A stretch of 64,000 nucleotides of DNA from Opitutales bacterium. Lineage in GTDB: Bacteria; Verrucomicrobiota; Verrucomicrobiia; Opitutales; PNEW01. This document shows positions 30,376 to 41,195 of this stretch, piece by piece. How positions within the stretch are numbered: the first letter of the stretch is position 1; each line of letters begins with the position of its first letter. A model generated the notes under the pieces. The model made no database searches. It was given only the letters and a program-made list of their open reading frames with translations, and was not told the DNA's origin. A program made the position numbers and the translations under genes. The stretch is taken from the NCBI GenBank assembly GCA_965197745.1, contig CBDANS010000007.1, forward strand, positions 2,078,215-2,142,214. The letters run 5' to 3'.

Positions 30376-30582
30376 ATGGCTATTGGAAAATATTTGAGTT
30401 TGGAAGAAGCTTGCAAAAAGGGTAAGTTAAAACGCTTTGCTAAAGAACACCAAGCTGAAGCTGACGAGCGGTTTTGGCCAACACTGGATGCAGCAGTTAC
30501 AGGGAGGAAATCAAAGCAGGAAACATCTGTTCAGGCTTGTGTCGATAATTGTAACGAAACTCAAACTCTTTCAGATACTTGA
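30376..30582 (+). CDS. IS passenger: small hypothetical protein
   Basis: GGAGAGG RBS upstream; 68 aa; overlaps the 3' end of the convergent transposase. Confidence 0.6.
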   Translation: MAIGKYLSLEEACKKGKLKRFAKEHQAEADERFWPTLDAAVTGRKSKQETSVQACVDNCNETQTLSDT

Positions 30583-31354
30583 AAAGATGATTTTCAGAAA
30601 CATGAATATGTGTTCCACGGATAGACAATTTCAAACGAGCCCAAAATCCTTCAATGCTATTTACATGGGAGCCACCAAGCACCCATTTGCCAGCACCATG
30701 ATTCACTTTCTTATGATTATATCCAACTTTGTTGAGACCCTTGTAAGAACGAAGCTCGTCTGTGTGAACGGTACTACCAGCCTTCACATTCTCTTTAATA
30801 ATAGGCTGCAAGGTGCGTTTTTTGACATTGGAAACAACCTTTGTTATTACATCACCATCTCTGTTCAGCATGCCAAACGCAATCGCCTTATTGGGTGCAC
30901 CACGGCCACGCTTACCACCGGAGGACTTACCACCAATATAGGTTTCATCGGCCTCGATATTGCCATTAAGAGGACTTTCACTATCCGTATTGGACATGTG
31001 CTCACGTATTTTATGAGCCATTCTCAAAGCAGTCGGATAAGCCACCCCAAGTTGTCTGTGAAGCTCCATAGCGGGGACTCCATGTCTTGTGGTAGTGAAA
31101 AGATAAATGGCATAAAACCATTTCTGCAATGGAACATGCGAACCTACAAACATGGTTTTGCTCATTGGATAGATTTCATGACCGCACCAAGCACACTCAT
31201 AAGCGGGGTGGCGTTTAGTGCGATAGAACTTTCCATGCTTACCGCATTTTGGGCAATCCATTGTATCACCATGTTGCTTATGCATCAGGTAATCAAGGCA
31301 GGCATTGTCATTCGGAAAATTTTGTATAAACGCTTGAAATGTCGTAGTTTTCAT
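30497..31354 (-). CDS. IS1595-family transposase
   Basis: CPKC...CAWC Zn ribbon, IEADETYIGG, VHTDE, NSIEGFW, YLKEFEFRYN; GGGAGG RBS. Confidence 0.95.
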   Translation of the reverse strand: MKTTTFQAFIQNFPNDNACLDYLMHKQHGDTMDCPKCGKHGKFYRTKRHPAYECAWCGHEIYPMSKTMFVGSHVPLQKWFYAIYLFTTTRHGVPAMELHRQLGVAYPTALRMAHKIREHMSNTDSESPLNGNIEADETYIGGKSSGGKRGRGAPNKAIAFGMLNRDGDVITKVVSNVKKRTLQPIIKENVKAGSTVHTDELRSYKGLNKVGYNHKKVNHGAGKWVLGGSHVNSIEGFWARLKLSIRGTHIHVSENHLFKYLKEFEFRYNYRHKPEQMFPALISSL

Positions 31355-31377
31355 AATTACCTCCCATTTTTAAAGGT

Positions 31378-31406
31378 ATATTACAAGAATTACTTACACG
31401 TGTCAA
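31378..31406 (-). promoter_or_regulatory. Inward sigma70 promoter in the right TIR (transposase promoter)
   Basis: Minus strand TTGACA-N17-TAATAT upstream of the transposase RBS. Confidence 0.65.
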
Positions 31407-31475
31407 CTATATAATTACGTATTCTTATTGCTCAATATCAGGGATAGGCTAGTTATCTTTTAATTTAGGAAAATT

Positions 31476-32546
31476 TTGAATAAGGAGGCAATAGAGACTG
31501 CTCTTAAACAGGTTAAATATCCAGGCTTTAGCCGCGATATCGTTTCATTTGGTTTATTGCGCAGCATCGATTGCAATGAAAACCGCGTAAAAGTCGGTTT
31601 AGAAGTTACCACTTCCGATCCCCAAATACCCCATCGACTAAAATCTGAAGTCGAAAATACCCTGCAGGCCTTAGCTGGCATAGGTCAGGTTGAAGTAAAT
31701 ATTATCGTTAAATCGTCAAGTGCCCCCGCTTCGGATGACAAAAAGCCAAGTGGTCAAATCGGTGTTAATAATCAGCTGCAAAATGTGAGCCACATCGTTG
31801 CTATTGCCAGTGGCAAAGGGGGGGTCGGGAAATCAACCTTTGCCGTTAATTTTGCCTGCGCTCTAAATGGCATTCTATCTAATCGCGGCAAACAGAACCA
31901 GGTTGGGATTATGGATTGCGACATCTATGGTCCCTCCATCCCTCTTATGATTGGGATCAATCAAAGACCGGAAGTAGAGGATAATTGTATAATACCCCTG
32001 CATAATTTTGGCATCCGTGTAATGTCTATGGGGTTTTTGATCGATGAGCACACCCCCGTGGTCTGGCGTGGTCCCATGGTAACAAAGACCATCACGCAGT
32101 TCATTAATAATGTGAATTGGGGGCAACTTGAAATTCTTATCGTCGATCTTCCTCCAGGCACAGGGGATGCCCAGCTCACCCTGGTGCAATCGATGCCTCT
32201 TGATGGCGCTATCGTTGTTACTACGCCACAGACCGCAGCTTATAGCGTTGCCCAGCGCGGTGCCACCATGTTTGACAAGGTTAACGTCCCTATTCTTGGC
32301 GTGGCTGAAAATATGAGCTTTCTTGAAATTCCCGACTCTTCCACGCGACATTACATTTTCGGTCAGGGCGGTGGTGAAAAAACTGCCGATCACCTCAAGA
32401 CAAAACTGCTTGGTCAAATTCCCCTTGATGAAGGGATACGCGAGGGCAGTGATAATGGCGTTCCCATTGTTATCGGTGAACCTGATAGTCGACCTGCTGC
32501 CGTTTTTAATGAAATGGCTGAAACCATTATCAATTTATTAAGCTAA
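31476..32546 (+). CDS. mrp: Mrp/NBP35 Fe-S carrier ATPase (ApbC)
   Basis: ASGKGGVGKST, DIYGPS, WRGPM, DLPPGTGD, ENMS. Confidence 0.95.
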   Translation: MNKEAIETALKQVKYPGFSRDIVSFGLLRSIDCNENRVKVGLEVTTSDPQIPHRLKSEVENTLQALAGIGQVEVNIIVKSSSAPASDDKKPSGQIGVNNQLQNVSHIVAIASGKGGVGKSTFAVNFACALNGILSNRGKQNQVGIMDCDIYGPSIPLMIGINQRPEVEDNCIIPLHNFGIRVMSMGFLIDEHTPVVWRGPMVTKTITQFINNVNWGQLEILIVDLPPGTGDAQLTLVQSMPLDGAIVVTTPQTAAYSVAQRGATMFDKVNVPILGVAENMSFLEIPDSSTRHYIFGQGGGEKTADHLKTKLLGQIPLDEGIREGSDNGVPIVIGEPDSRPAAVFNEMAETIINLLS

Positions 32547-32684
32547 TTTAAGGTTTTTCTTGATAGTGGTTTTATATTATTATATTTGAAAACTAACCGT
32601 ATTTACTTTATCTTATAATCTAATCCCTTTTTAGATACGAAATATCATAGACGGAGACCGTCTGTTTTAATAATAAAAAGTGCG

Positions 32685-32930
32685 ATGAAAAAAAGCCCCG
32701 CTACCCCCAATGCAAATCAAGAGCTGATGAAGAACTCCAGCTTGTATGCAGAGTTTCTCGCCGAGCGCGAAGAAATATTAAAACATAAATGGCTGGAGTC
32801 GGAAAAAGCTGGTCATGACATCGGTTTTGAGCGAGCCCTGCTGGATTGGATTCGCAAACATCGGGACACCTGGCGCATGAGTCGACGCCTTACTCAATCC
32901 AAAGCCGAAAGCAATAATTCCAGAGGTTGA
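32685..32930 (+). CDS. Small DUF4032-like protein
   Basis: EREEILKHKWLESEKAGHDIGFERALLDW. Confidence 0.75.
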   Translation: MKKSPATPNANQELMKNSSLYAEFLAEREEILKHKWLESEKAGHDIGFERALLDWIRKHRDTWRMSRRLTQSKAESNNSRG

Positions 32931-32942
32931 TCGACAGGCCTT

Positions 32943-33124
32943 TGTCCCGAGCAGCAAGACCGACCTCACGAGGTCAATAGAGCTTATTTAACTTCCCGAT
33001 GGAGGGTATGCCGTCGAAGAAAAGGATTATACTTCTTTTTTTCCATACGGCCCTGCTGCAGCTTTTTATTGCGAGTGGACATATACCTTGAAGGCGGTTT
33101 CCCCTCCTTAGCTGCTTCGGTGCA
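32943..33124 (+). ncRNA. ssrS: 6S RNA (probable)
   Basis: ~182 nt; 5' CCGAGCAGC pairs with 3' GCTGCTTCGG; 3' segment GCGAGTGGACATATACCTTGAA resembles the conserved 6S 3' strand (E. coli GCGACGACACATTCACCTTGAA). Confidence 0.65.
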
Positions 33125-33226
33125 TTCTAATATGATATTTTCTCTTGGCATAGATAAACGATTAAAGGCCTATTCAATAACAGACCTCATCTTTGGGCAA
33201 TAATAAATTTTAAAAAGGACCTCACC

Positions 33227-34588
33227 TTATTGTTCACCCCCCATGGAATTATCAATAAGTGGCAACATAACCCCGCGCCGGAATAGCGTAACCCGTCCGG
33301 AAGTAGCTGAAACAGCAATAACAATGCTGTCGGTAGCACGAGAAATTGCAGAAGCGGCAGCGTGGCGCGCCCCAAAACCACTGGGCATTTCATGGTAGTA
33401 ATCACTGGGGGCGTTTATCAAGCTACCAGCCGATTCAATAACCCCATTTCCTTTTATGATGAAAGCCCCATCCATAAAAGATAATTCCTTGATCGTTTCA
33501 TCCATGAATGGATTGAGGATATTGCGATCTTCTTCTTTATAACCATGAAAAGGATTCAAGACCAATGGTTTTATCATGGTGCTGACCTTTTCAATATCTC
33601 CTAAAACAAACAAACAGCCAATGGGGCGCCCTTCCCTTCCTTCAAGGGATAATTCCGTGGCCACTGCTAATATACGTTCGAGCACTTCAAATTCTACAGA
33701 TGAAGGCAAAAGATCAGCCTCCCGAGTGAGCACGGATTGAAACTCTCGTTCAACATCGACAACAACCAAAGTATCAAACTGATTGCTGTTTAAGATACCC
33801 CCAACACAGCATAACCGATCATTGTATTTAAAAATTCCTCGCGTTAATCCTATGAGAACCGCGCTGCGTAATTGTGAGAGGCGATAATTTGAATAGGGTC
33901 TCACCTCAATCGTCGATACATTATGGTTTTGCTCTTTTAAGCGATCGGGTGCCGAGCGGGTGACCATGACAATTCTGTAATTCGGGAAATCGGGACCTAA
34001 GTCTATGCCACCGACAAAGGTATCACTGAAAATAAGTATGGCTGAACAGCGGGCGGCTTTCGCCACTTTTTCCGCTTCTTTCAATAAAAGCTGATTAAAT
34101 CGAGACTGTCGGCGTTCAGGCCTTGCGAGGAGCCCGCTAAATCCCTGGTATACGCGTTCTTGAAAATTGTTTAAGTCAGGGGCTTCCAGAATATTGTCGA
34201 CCATCACCTTTTCTCGAAAAAGCCGCGCGAGGGATGCCAGCACATTGAGGTAATTTTTTTCTTTATTAGAGGCTAAAAGCAAAAATAAAAGACGAACGTC
34301 AGCTTCCTTAGGGTCTCCGTCATATTGAAATCCTTCACGGCAGCGTCCTATGGCAAAAATGAAAGACCGTTTCATTTTTACCCGCAAATGAGGAATGGCA
34401 ACGCCATTGCCCAGATAGGTCGTCATAACATTTTCGCGGTCTAACAAATCAGCGAGCAGGCGACGGGGTGAGAGCTTTACGGGCAGTCGTTTGGTAGCGA
34501 CCTGTAGCAATTCCTCCAAAGCGCCTTTCAATTCATCACTCTGGATTTCGATAATCCGTGATTTAGCAAGAAATCTATCTAGAGGCAT
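33227..34588 (-). CDS. PTS EIIA(Ntr/Fru)-domain diadenylate cyclase (DacZ-like) fusion
   Basis: N-terminal DRE..MTTYLGNGVAIPH (phospho-His); C-terminal EGREGRPIG, LNPF, DGA, GARHAAA. Confidence 0.88.
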   Translation of the reverse strand: MPLDRFLAKSRIIEIQSDELKGALEELLQVATKRLPVKLSPRRLLADLLDRENVMTTYLGNGVAIPHLRVKMKRSFIFAIGRCREGFQYDGDPKEADVRLLFLLLASNKEKNYLNVLASLARLFREKVMVDNILEAPDLNNFQERVYQGFSGLLARPERRQSRFNQLLLKEAEKVAKAARCSAILIFSDTFVGGIDLGPDFPNYRIVMVTRSAPDRLKEQNHNVSTIEVRPYSNYRLSQLRSAVLIGLTRGIFKYNDRLCCVGGILNSNQFDTLVVVDVEREFQSVLTREADLLPSSVEFEVLERILAVATELSLEGREGRPIGCLFVLGDIEKVSTMIKPLVLNPFHGYKEEDRNILNPFMDETIKELSFMDGAFIIKGNGVIESAGSLINAPSDYYHEMPSGFGARHAAASAISRATDSIVIAVSATSGRVTLFRRGVMLPLIDNSMGGEQ

Positions 34589-34893
34589 AGCAAAAAGAAA
34601 TGGGGTAACTGAAATATAGTAATACTCTACAAGCTGAAAAGGCCTATGCGAAAAATTAAATTCCCTTACAAAACAACTCCTATTTCAAATAGGCCTATCG
34701 GATTTCTCCATTTTTCGAAAAGTGATGCATAAGCATAATAAACCAATCCGTTCATATGATGTAATCTATTCATCAACTCAAGGGGGTAATCGTAATGGGT
34801 CAGGGTGTAACATGTAATCCATTATGTGAATTTTTTCAAGTAGATTTTTCATTTCACATTAATGGAATATTTTTAATTATAAAAAAATTCCTA

Positions 34894-35937
34894 TCACGGA
34901 AGACGAATCCATTTAATTTTTTTGGGATTCATTATTCCCAATCCTAAATTTTCTGCATAGGTGAATAAGGGGAGAGCACCTTCATTTGCATTAAAGCCAC
35001 TTTCATTGCGGTAATGATTTATTCGATTTAACATTAGAACATCAAGAATAACGGGATTCACGCTCATTAAGAGCAAAGGTTCGGAGCGCGTGTAGAGAGA
35101 ATTGAAAACAGGACCGCCCATGTATTGAAAGCGCTCTAAGGTAATGATGGAAAATACCCAACCGGATTTTAATTCGGGTATGGCCGCGATTTCCGCTACG
35201 GCTATGGGAGCATTGGCCGGACTCACATGGAATCTATCACGATTGCTTATGTTCCCCAGCGTAGCATTGGTCAGGACACCGGAAATACCCAGGGTTTGAT
35301 GATCGAGAATGACAGGCAAGTTAATCCAGAAATCGACTTCCGTAAGCAAGGGTTTAGCAAGAAAACTTTTTCTCTCTCCCGCTTTTATTTCCATACCATA
35401 GCCGCCAATTAATTCGGCAGAATGGGCTAATTGGCTCTGGGCCGGTAATGGGCTTTCATAGTACCAAAGCGGATCATAATATTTTTCGGAATCAAGAATG
35501 TAAATGGGGACCCCTTCAAATAGGACCCCTTTTGCCTTTTTACTGAGTGGAGGAATAAAACCGCTTTCCCGCAATTCGCGTTCATTTAAATCGATAATAA
35601 AAAGCTCATCCTTTTTAAATCCGCGTCGCTTTAAATGATCGATAACGGCTTTGACCAGATTGGTTGGCGTGGCAATTCCATTGCCCGATGCCGTGTATAA
35701 TTTTATTCCAACTTTGCGTAGCTTTCCCGGGTGAAGCGATTTATTTGTTTTTTCTTCGAAACTGTAAAAAAGATTTTCCACGCCATGTCCATAGCTCGCC
35801 CGACTAAAGCTATTAAGACGATATTCCCAAACTATATCGAGATAAGCATCACGCTCGCCTTCATACCCCCAAATACCACTCCAACCTCGTGATGTTATGA
35901 GAGAGATGAGAAATAATAAAATGAGTCTGGCATGCAT
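34894..35937 (-). CDS. Exported DUF362-like protein
   Basis: Signal-like N-terminus; KVGIK, DFWINLPVILDH..LGISG...NAT, SVNPVILD. Confidence 0.7.
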   Translation of the reverse strand: MHARLILLFLISLITSRGWSGIWGYEGERDAYLDIVWEYRLNSFSRASYGHGVENLFYSFEEKTNKSLHPGKLRKVGIKLYTASGNGIATPTNLVKAVIDHLKRRGFKKDELFIIDLNERELRESGFIPPLSKKAKGVLFEGVPIYILDSEKYYDPLWYYESPLPAQSQLAHSAELIGGYGMEIKAGERKSFLAKPLLTEVDFWINLPVILDHQTLGISGVLTNATLGNISNRDRFHVSPANAPIAVAEIAAIPELKSGWVFSIITLERFQYMGGPVFNSLYTRSEPLLLMSVNPVILDVLMLNRINHYRNESGFNANEGALPLFTYAENLGLGIMNPKKIKWIRLP

Positions 35938-35988
35938 TTTCAGTTCTTGACAGCTTATTGCAGAGATCGGAAGTTTAGCCATCCCAAT

Positions 35989-37503
35989 ATGAAATATTAT
36001 ATAGGCAGGTCCTGGGTATTTATGTTCCTTCCAGGAGCTTTTTTTTTACTTACAAACTGCAGTCAGCCGGAACCGACTATTGAGGAATCCCTTGATCGCG
36101 CCAACAACAATCTTGAAGCCGGCAAGATTGATCAGGCTATAATTCTCCTGGAATCGCTTAACGATAAAAAAGCTGATGACCCTGCAATATTAGAGGCTTT
36201 GGCTTTTGCTTATATTCAAAGAAAAGATAATATTTTCGCCGCCTATTATTTTTCCAAACTCGCCGAAGTTGATGCCAGGCAGAGCCAGTTTTTTATTTAC
36301 GCGGCTAAAAGTTTTTTAGAGGGGGGTGATATACGGGGTTCGGCCCATACCTACCGGCGTTACCTTGCGGTTTTTCCGCACGACCAATTGGTCTGGAAAT
36401 CACTCGGCAATATATATGAAGAATTAAATGATCCCAATAATGCCATTGAGGCCTATCTGCACAGCTATCATCTGAAACCGGACGGTCGAATCGCTACCCA
36501 TTTAGGCCGCTTATTTCACGGGGCGGGAAATTTAATTCAAGCCCAAAACTGGTACCAGGCGGGACTTGAATTTAAACAAGAAATAAAAGGTGAATCCCTA
36601 CTCGGTTTAATGAAAATTGCATTGGAACAGAAAAGATTCTCGATGGCTGAAAAGTGGCTACAGCAGATAGATACAGAATTCCCCAATTTGCTCGATACCT
36701 CATCCCTTTCCTATGCCCGCGCAGATTTAAATAATTGGAGGGAAAGCCAGGACGATCTGAAAGTAAGCCTGGCAGAACAGTCTCGACTGACACAGGAACT
36801 GCGCGAACAATCCTTCAGGTTGGAAGAACCAATTGTTGCAGAAATATCAAATTCGGCTCCTCTCGGCGAACTTATTGCCGATAATGGAAATGAAGACGAC
36901 ACCACCCCATCCGATAGTCCTGAAGAACCATTATTTGAGGATACGCCGCCCATCAGTGATGACACGGCCCCGACTGTAATAGAAGAAGATAATACCCGTA
37001 TGGTAGCGGAAATATTAACCGAACCACCGCCACCCACTCCACACAGCTTGCTGAAAATGGCTAGAGAGTTAAAATCCTCAGGAAACTACAAGAAATCGAT
37101 AGTACCCTATCGTCAGTCTTTGGCTTTAAACGACGGGCAAGCTTCTATTTGGAACGAATTATCCGAAGCGCTTGAATTGGATGGGCAACTGGCTTATGCT
37201 GAGGCGGCCTCTAATGAAGCCATTCGACGTGATTCTCACAACATAATTTATACCTTGCAATTGCTGAATATCCTTGAACAGGGTGAAAATGTCTACCGCT
37301 ATTTAAAGGTACTCCAGGATGCAAAAAATAATTTTCCTTACAACCCCGATATCACCCTTTCCCTCGCCAGGTGCAATAGTAACATTGTAAAGAATATGCA
37401 GAATGCTATTATTCTCTATGAAGAATTTCTGCGACTGGCGCCGGATCACCCACAATGGCAGGTAGCAAAAACCGAATTAGAATCTTTATCTGGAACCCCC
37501 TGA
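35989..37503 (+). CDS. TPR-repeat protein, probable lipoprotein
   Basis: FFLLTNC lipobox-like; many TPRs; acidic/Pro linker. Confidence 0.8.
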   Translation: MKYYIGRSWVFMFLPGAFFLLTNCSQPEPTIEESLDRANNNLEAGKIDQAIILLESLNDKKADDPAILEALAFAYIQRKDNIFAAYYFSKLAEVDARQSQFFIYAAKSFLEGGDIRGSAHTYRRYLAVFPHDQLVWKSLGNIYEELNDPNNAIEAYLHSYHLKPDGRIATHLGRLFHGAGNLIQAQNWYQAGLEFKQEIKGESLLGLMKIALEQKRFSMAEKWLQQIDTEFPNLLDTSSLSYARADLNNWRESQDDLKVSLAEQSRLTQELREQSFRLEEPIVAEISNSAPLGELIADNGNEDDTTPSDSPEEPLFEDTPPISDDTAPTVIEEDNTRMVAEILTEPPPPTPHSLLKMARELKSSGNYKKSIVPYRQSLALNDGQASIWNELSEALELDGQLAYAEAASNEAIRRDSHNIIYTLQLLNILEQGENVYRYLKVLQDAKNNFPYNPDITLSLARCNSNIVKNMQNAIILYEEFLRLAPDHPQWQVAKTELESLSGTP

Positions 37504-37529
37504 AAAGATGAAAAGGATATTATATTTTT

Positions 37530-39380
37530 ATGCCGCGAATCTCGCGTAAGTGTATCGAAGATATAAAACGGCATGTTAATATCTACGATGTGGTCTCTCC
37601 CGTCGTGTCACTCAAGAAAAGCGGTCGCAATTTTGTTGGGCTCAGCCCGTTTACAAATGAAAAAACCCCCTCTTTTTTTGTCCTCCCTGAAAAAAACATG
37701 TTTAAATGCTTCTCCAGTAATTATGCGGGAGATATTTTTCGCTTTATTGAATTACATGATAAGTTGAATTTTAACGAAGCAATCGAAACCATTGCCAATC
37801 GCTTTAACCAACCGCTCGAGTATGATAGTCATTCCTCTGTTTCAACCGAACCGAGGTCCCTGCGCCGAGAGATCATCGATATTCACGAACACGCGACTGA
37901 TTTCTACCATCGCAAGTTCATGGGTGATCACCCCTTAGCAGAAGAAATACGAACCTATTGGACCCGGGATCGGAATTTTGATACGGAAACAGCAGAGAAA
38001 TATAAAATCGGTTTCAGTCCACCGGAGGACAATGAACTGATCGAACTCCTTCTAAAAAAAGAATACAGTCTGCAGGCCTTAAAAAAATGCGGCCTCTTTT
38101 ATTACCGGGATCGGGAGAACAATCCTCAACATTTTAAGCCACGATTTCGTGGTAGACTGCTTATTCCTATCCGCGATTATCAAGGTCAGGTTATAGCTTT
38201 CACCGCGCGCCAACTCCACATCACTCCCAGTGATGATCCGGCTCGGCAGGCTAAATACATCAATTCGCCCGAAACACCTGTTTTTCATAAAAGCAGCGTT
38301 ATCTTTGGAATGGAACAGGCTCGTTTGCACATTGATGAAGTCGGTTATTTCATACTCGTCGAAGGCCAGCTCGATGCCCTGCGTTGCTGGCAATGTGGAT
38401 TTAATACCGCGGTAGCCCCACAGGGGACTTCGATTACCGATTCCCAGTTAATATTGTTAAAACGCTATAGCAGTTATATCAATTGCGTGCTTGATGGTGA
38501 CGCCGCTGGGCAGAAAGCTGCCTTGCGGCTAATCCCTATGGCCTTGCGGCGGGGGATTGAAATTCGGTTTATCGTCCTTCCCCCAAATACCGATCCGGAC
38601 ACTTTTCTCAGTAATAACGGCAGGGATGCGTTTACAATATTACAGGATCAGGCACTGCCTGCAATCGATTTTCTTATCCGTTCCCTCTTGCCCGACAAAG
38701 ATCCATCCCCACAGACCAAAGCGGAGGCAATAGGACAATTATTTGCCATAATTATGGAATCTGAAATGCTCGTCGTGCAGGATGAATATCTGCAAAAGGC
38801 GGCCGATCTCATGAAGCTGGATCGGGCCTCATTACAAAGCGACTTTAACTGGTTTAAACGAAAAAAGGGGCGCAGGTCCGACTCCTATGAACCGGAACCT
38901 TATACCAAAAATGAAAATAAATCTGATACATCACAGTTGACAACAGCTGAATATGAGCTATTATGTTGCGTTTTCCAAAACCCCCAGCTTGGCGCACCTA
39001 TTTCAGAAGTTATTGATGTCGAATGGATTGATGCATCCTTGCTCTACGGCAGACTTCTTTCACGCGTCATTGCAGATATTCAGGAGGGACTTTGGGAAGG
39101 AACTGATAATCTCGATCAATTACTTGAAAACGAGGACGAAAAAAACTGTTTTTACTCTCTTCTTGCGGAAGAGAAGTGTTTTGAAGACCCCCTTAAAGTC
39201 GCTAATGACTGTGTTAAAGTAATTATGGATAAATTTTCCCGGAACCGCCTGAAGCAATTAGAACAGAAAATAGCAAACCTCCCAACACCTTCAGATAAAT
39301 ATCCACAACTGCAGCGTCAAATGATCGAGTTACGCAAGATCAAAAAGAATATTCCTCAGATTCAATATACTCCCAATTAA
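37530..39380 (+). CDS. dnaG: DNA primase
   Basis: [36 protein letters not shown]; directly upstream of rpoD. Confidence 0.96.
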   Translation: MPRISRKCIEDIKRHVNIYDVVSPVVSLKKSGRNFVGLSPFTNEKTPSFFVLPEKNMFKCFSSNYAGDIFRFIELHDKLNFNEAIETIANRFNQPLEYDSHSSVSTEPRSLRREIIDIHEHATDFYHRKFMGDHPLAEEIRTYWTRDRNFDTETAEKYKIGFSPPEDNELIELLLKKEYSLQALKKCGLFYYRDRENNPQHFKPRFRGRLLIPIRDYQGQVIAFTARQLHITPSDDPARQAKYINSPETPVFHKSSVIFGMEQARLHIDEVGYFILVEGQLDALRCWQCGFNTAVAPQGTSITDSQLILLKRYSSYINCVLDGDAAGQKAALRLIPMALRRGIEIRFIVLPPNTDPDTFLSNNGRDAFTILQDQALPAIDFLIRSLLPDKDPSPQTKAEAIGQLFAIIMESEMLVVQDEYLQKAADLMKLDRASLQSDFNWFKRKKGRRSDSYEPEPYTKNENKSDTSQLTTAEYELLCCVFQNPQLGAPISEVIDVEWIDASLLYGRLLSRVIADIQEGLWEGTDNLDQLLENEDEKNCFYSLLAEEKCFEDPLKVANDCVKVIMDKFSRNRLKQLEQKIANLPTPSDKYPQLQRQMIELRKIKKNIPQIQYTPN

Positions 39381-39391
39381 TAAATAAACCT

Positions 39392-41116
39392 ATGTCAGCG
39401 ACTAAGACCAAAGCCAAAAAGAAGGTAACCCGAAAATCAACAAAATCAGTTTCCAAAAAAGAGCTGGTTAATGACAAGATCCGAGTGCTTATTCGGCTTT
39501 CTAAAGAACAGGGCTATCTGACTTTTAAAGACATCAATAAGATATTACCTGAATCGGTAAATACCCCTGAGGAAATCGAGAAATTCATTCTCATTCTCGA
39601 AAACCTGGAGATCGACATCATCGATCCAGAGGAAGTCGAAAAGTATAAAGAACGTTTGGAGAAACATAATGAATCGCAGTTGAAAAGCACGCATCTCGAC
39701 ATCCTCGATGATCCCGTGCGTATGTATCTCAAGCAAATGGGGCAGGTTCCCCTGCTCACCAGAGAGCAGGAAGTAGCCATCTCCAAGCGTATCGAAGTGG
39801 CCGAACAAAGGGCCCAAAACGAGCTTTTTTCCGTTGGTTTGACAACCAAGTTTCAAAATGAATTAGCGCGTAAATTACTCAATCGCGAAGAGCGATTCGA
39901 CCGGGTTGTCCTGGATAAAAAAATCGAGAGCCGAGAGAGTTACTTCAAAAACCTGCCTAAGCTCATTGATAAGGCTGAGGTTATCGACCGTGTCCTGGAT
40001 AAAGCCTGGGCGGATCATCTCAATAAATCAGTAAGCGATCTTTCCTGTAAGCGAGCGCTTACAAAATTCAAAAAAATCCAATCCACCCTGAAGCCAATAT
40101 TTAAAAAATATTGTTTTAAATTAAAAATTTTTGAGGAAGTTCTTAGAAACATTGAACCCATTCAGAATGAGATTATTGACCATTTAGAAAATCTCTATCT
40201 TGCGGAAAAGGCCCGCACCAAAAAACATCGCTCGATAAATACCCGAAAAATTCACACGCGATTGAAAAAGATAGAAAATGAAATGTGCATCGACCCCGAG
40301 GAGCTGGTACGCATCATTCGTGAAGTCCGTAAAGGGATGCGTCAAGCCCACCGCGCTAAGACGGAAATGGTGGAAGCCAATTTACGTCTCGTTATCAGTA
40401 TCGCAAAAAAGTATACCAGCCGGGGCCTTTCTTTTCTCGATCTTATTCAGGAGGGAAACATGGGGCTGATGAAAGCCGTAGAAAAATTCGAATACCGCCG
40501 CGGTTATAAATTCTCCACTTACGCCACCTGGTGGATCCGTCAGGCTATAACCCGTTCTATTGCCGACCAGGCACGCACCATACGCATACCTGTCCACATG
40601 ATTGAAACGCTTAATAAAGTAATGCAGATCCAGAAGCAATTGCTTCAGGAACTTGGACACGAACCCACGGCTGAAGAGGTTGCTGAAGAAATGCAGCTTC
40701 CCGTTGAACGCGTCCAGGCCATCATGAAAATGGCCCAGCAGCCGATTTCATTGCAAAGTCCGGTGGGTGAAAGTGACGATACTAATTTTGGAGATTTTAT
40801 TGAGGATAAAGGAGCTGAAAATCCGTATGATATGACGGCCTACAGCCTTTTACGTGAAAAGATCATGGACGTCCTTGACAGCCTTACGGAACGTGAAAGA
40901 CGCGTGCTCTCTTTACGATTTGGTCTTGTCGACGGGTACAGCAGGACGCTGGAGGAAGTGGGAAGACAATTTAATGTAACCCGTGAGCGCATCCGTCAGA
41001 TCGAAGCAAAAGCGCTGAGAAAAATGCGCCATCCCACACGCATTCGTCAATTGCATGGATTCTTTGAGCCTGACCATCAATCCCGACAGCTGAAAATCTC
41101 TCAAAAGCACGCTTGA
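39392..41116 (+). CDS. rpoD: RNA polymerase primary sigma factor
   Basis: [58 protein letters not shown]. Confidence 0.98.
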   Translation: MSATKTKAKKKVTRKSTKSVSKKELVNDKIRVLIRLSKEQGYLTFKDINKILPESVNTPEEIEKFILILENLEIDIIDPEEVEKYKERLEKHNESQLKSTHLDILDDPVRMYLKQMGQVPLLTREQEVAISKRIEVAEQRAQNELFSVGLTTKFQNELARKLLNREERFDRVVLDKKIESRESYFKNLPKLIDKAEVIDRVLDKAWADHLNKSVSDLSCKRALTKFKKIQSTLKPIFKKYCFKLKIFEEVLRNIEPIQNEIIDHLENLYLAEKARTKKHRSINTRKIHTRLKKIENEMCIDPEELVRIIREVRKGMRQAHRAKTEMVEANLRLVISIAKKYTSRGLSFLDLIQEGNMGLMKAVEKFEYRRGYKFSTYATWWIRQAITRSIADQARTIRIPVHMIETLNKVMQIQKQLLQELGHEPTAEEVAEEMQLPVERVQAIMKMAQQPISLQSPVGESDDTNFGDFIEDKGAENPYDMTAYSLLREKIMDVLDSLTERERRVLSLRFGLVDGYSRTLEEVGRQFNVTRERIRQIEAKALRKMRHPTRIRQLHGFFEPDHQSRQLKISQKHA

Positions 41117-41195
41117 AACTAATGCATTTTATTTCGAGTATTTACACTTGGTCATAATAAGATAAATATACTTTATACATAAATAACTAATAAAT

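Larger units (their letters stand above)
29788..31419 (-). mobile_element. IS1595-family element with passenger genes
   Basis: 25-bp TIRs at 29788-29812 and 31395-31419 (21/25 match); flanking 8-bp TSD TATTTTTA / TATTCTTA (7/8); internal transposase. Confidence 0.9.

Noticed and set aside
30437..31414. 325-aa ORF antisense to the IS1595 transposase
   Set aside because: Lies fully opposite a clear transposase, has no motifs and a weak TTG start; treated as a shadow ORF
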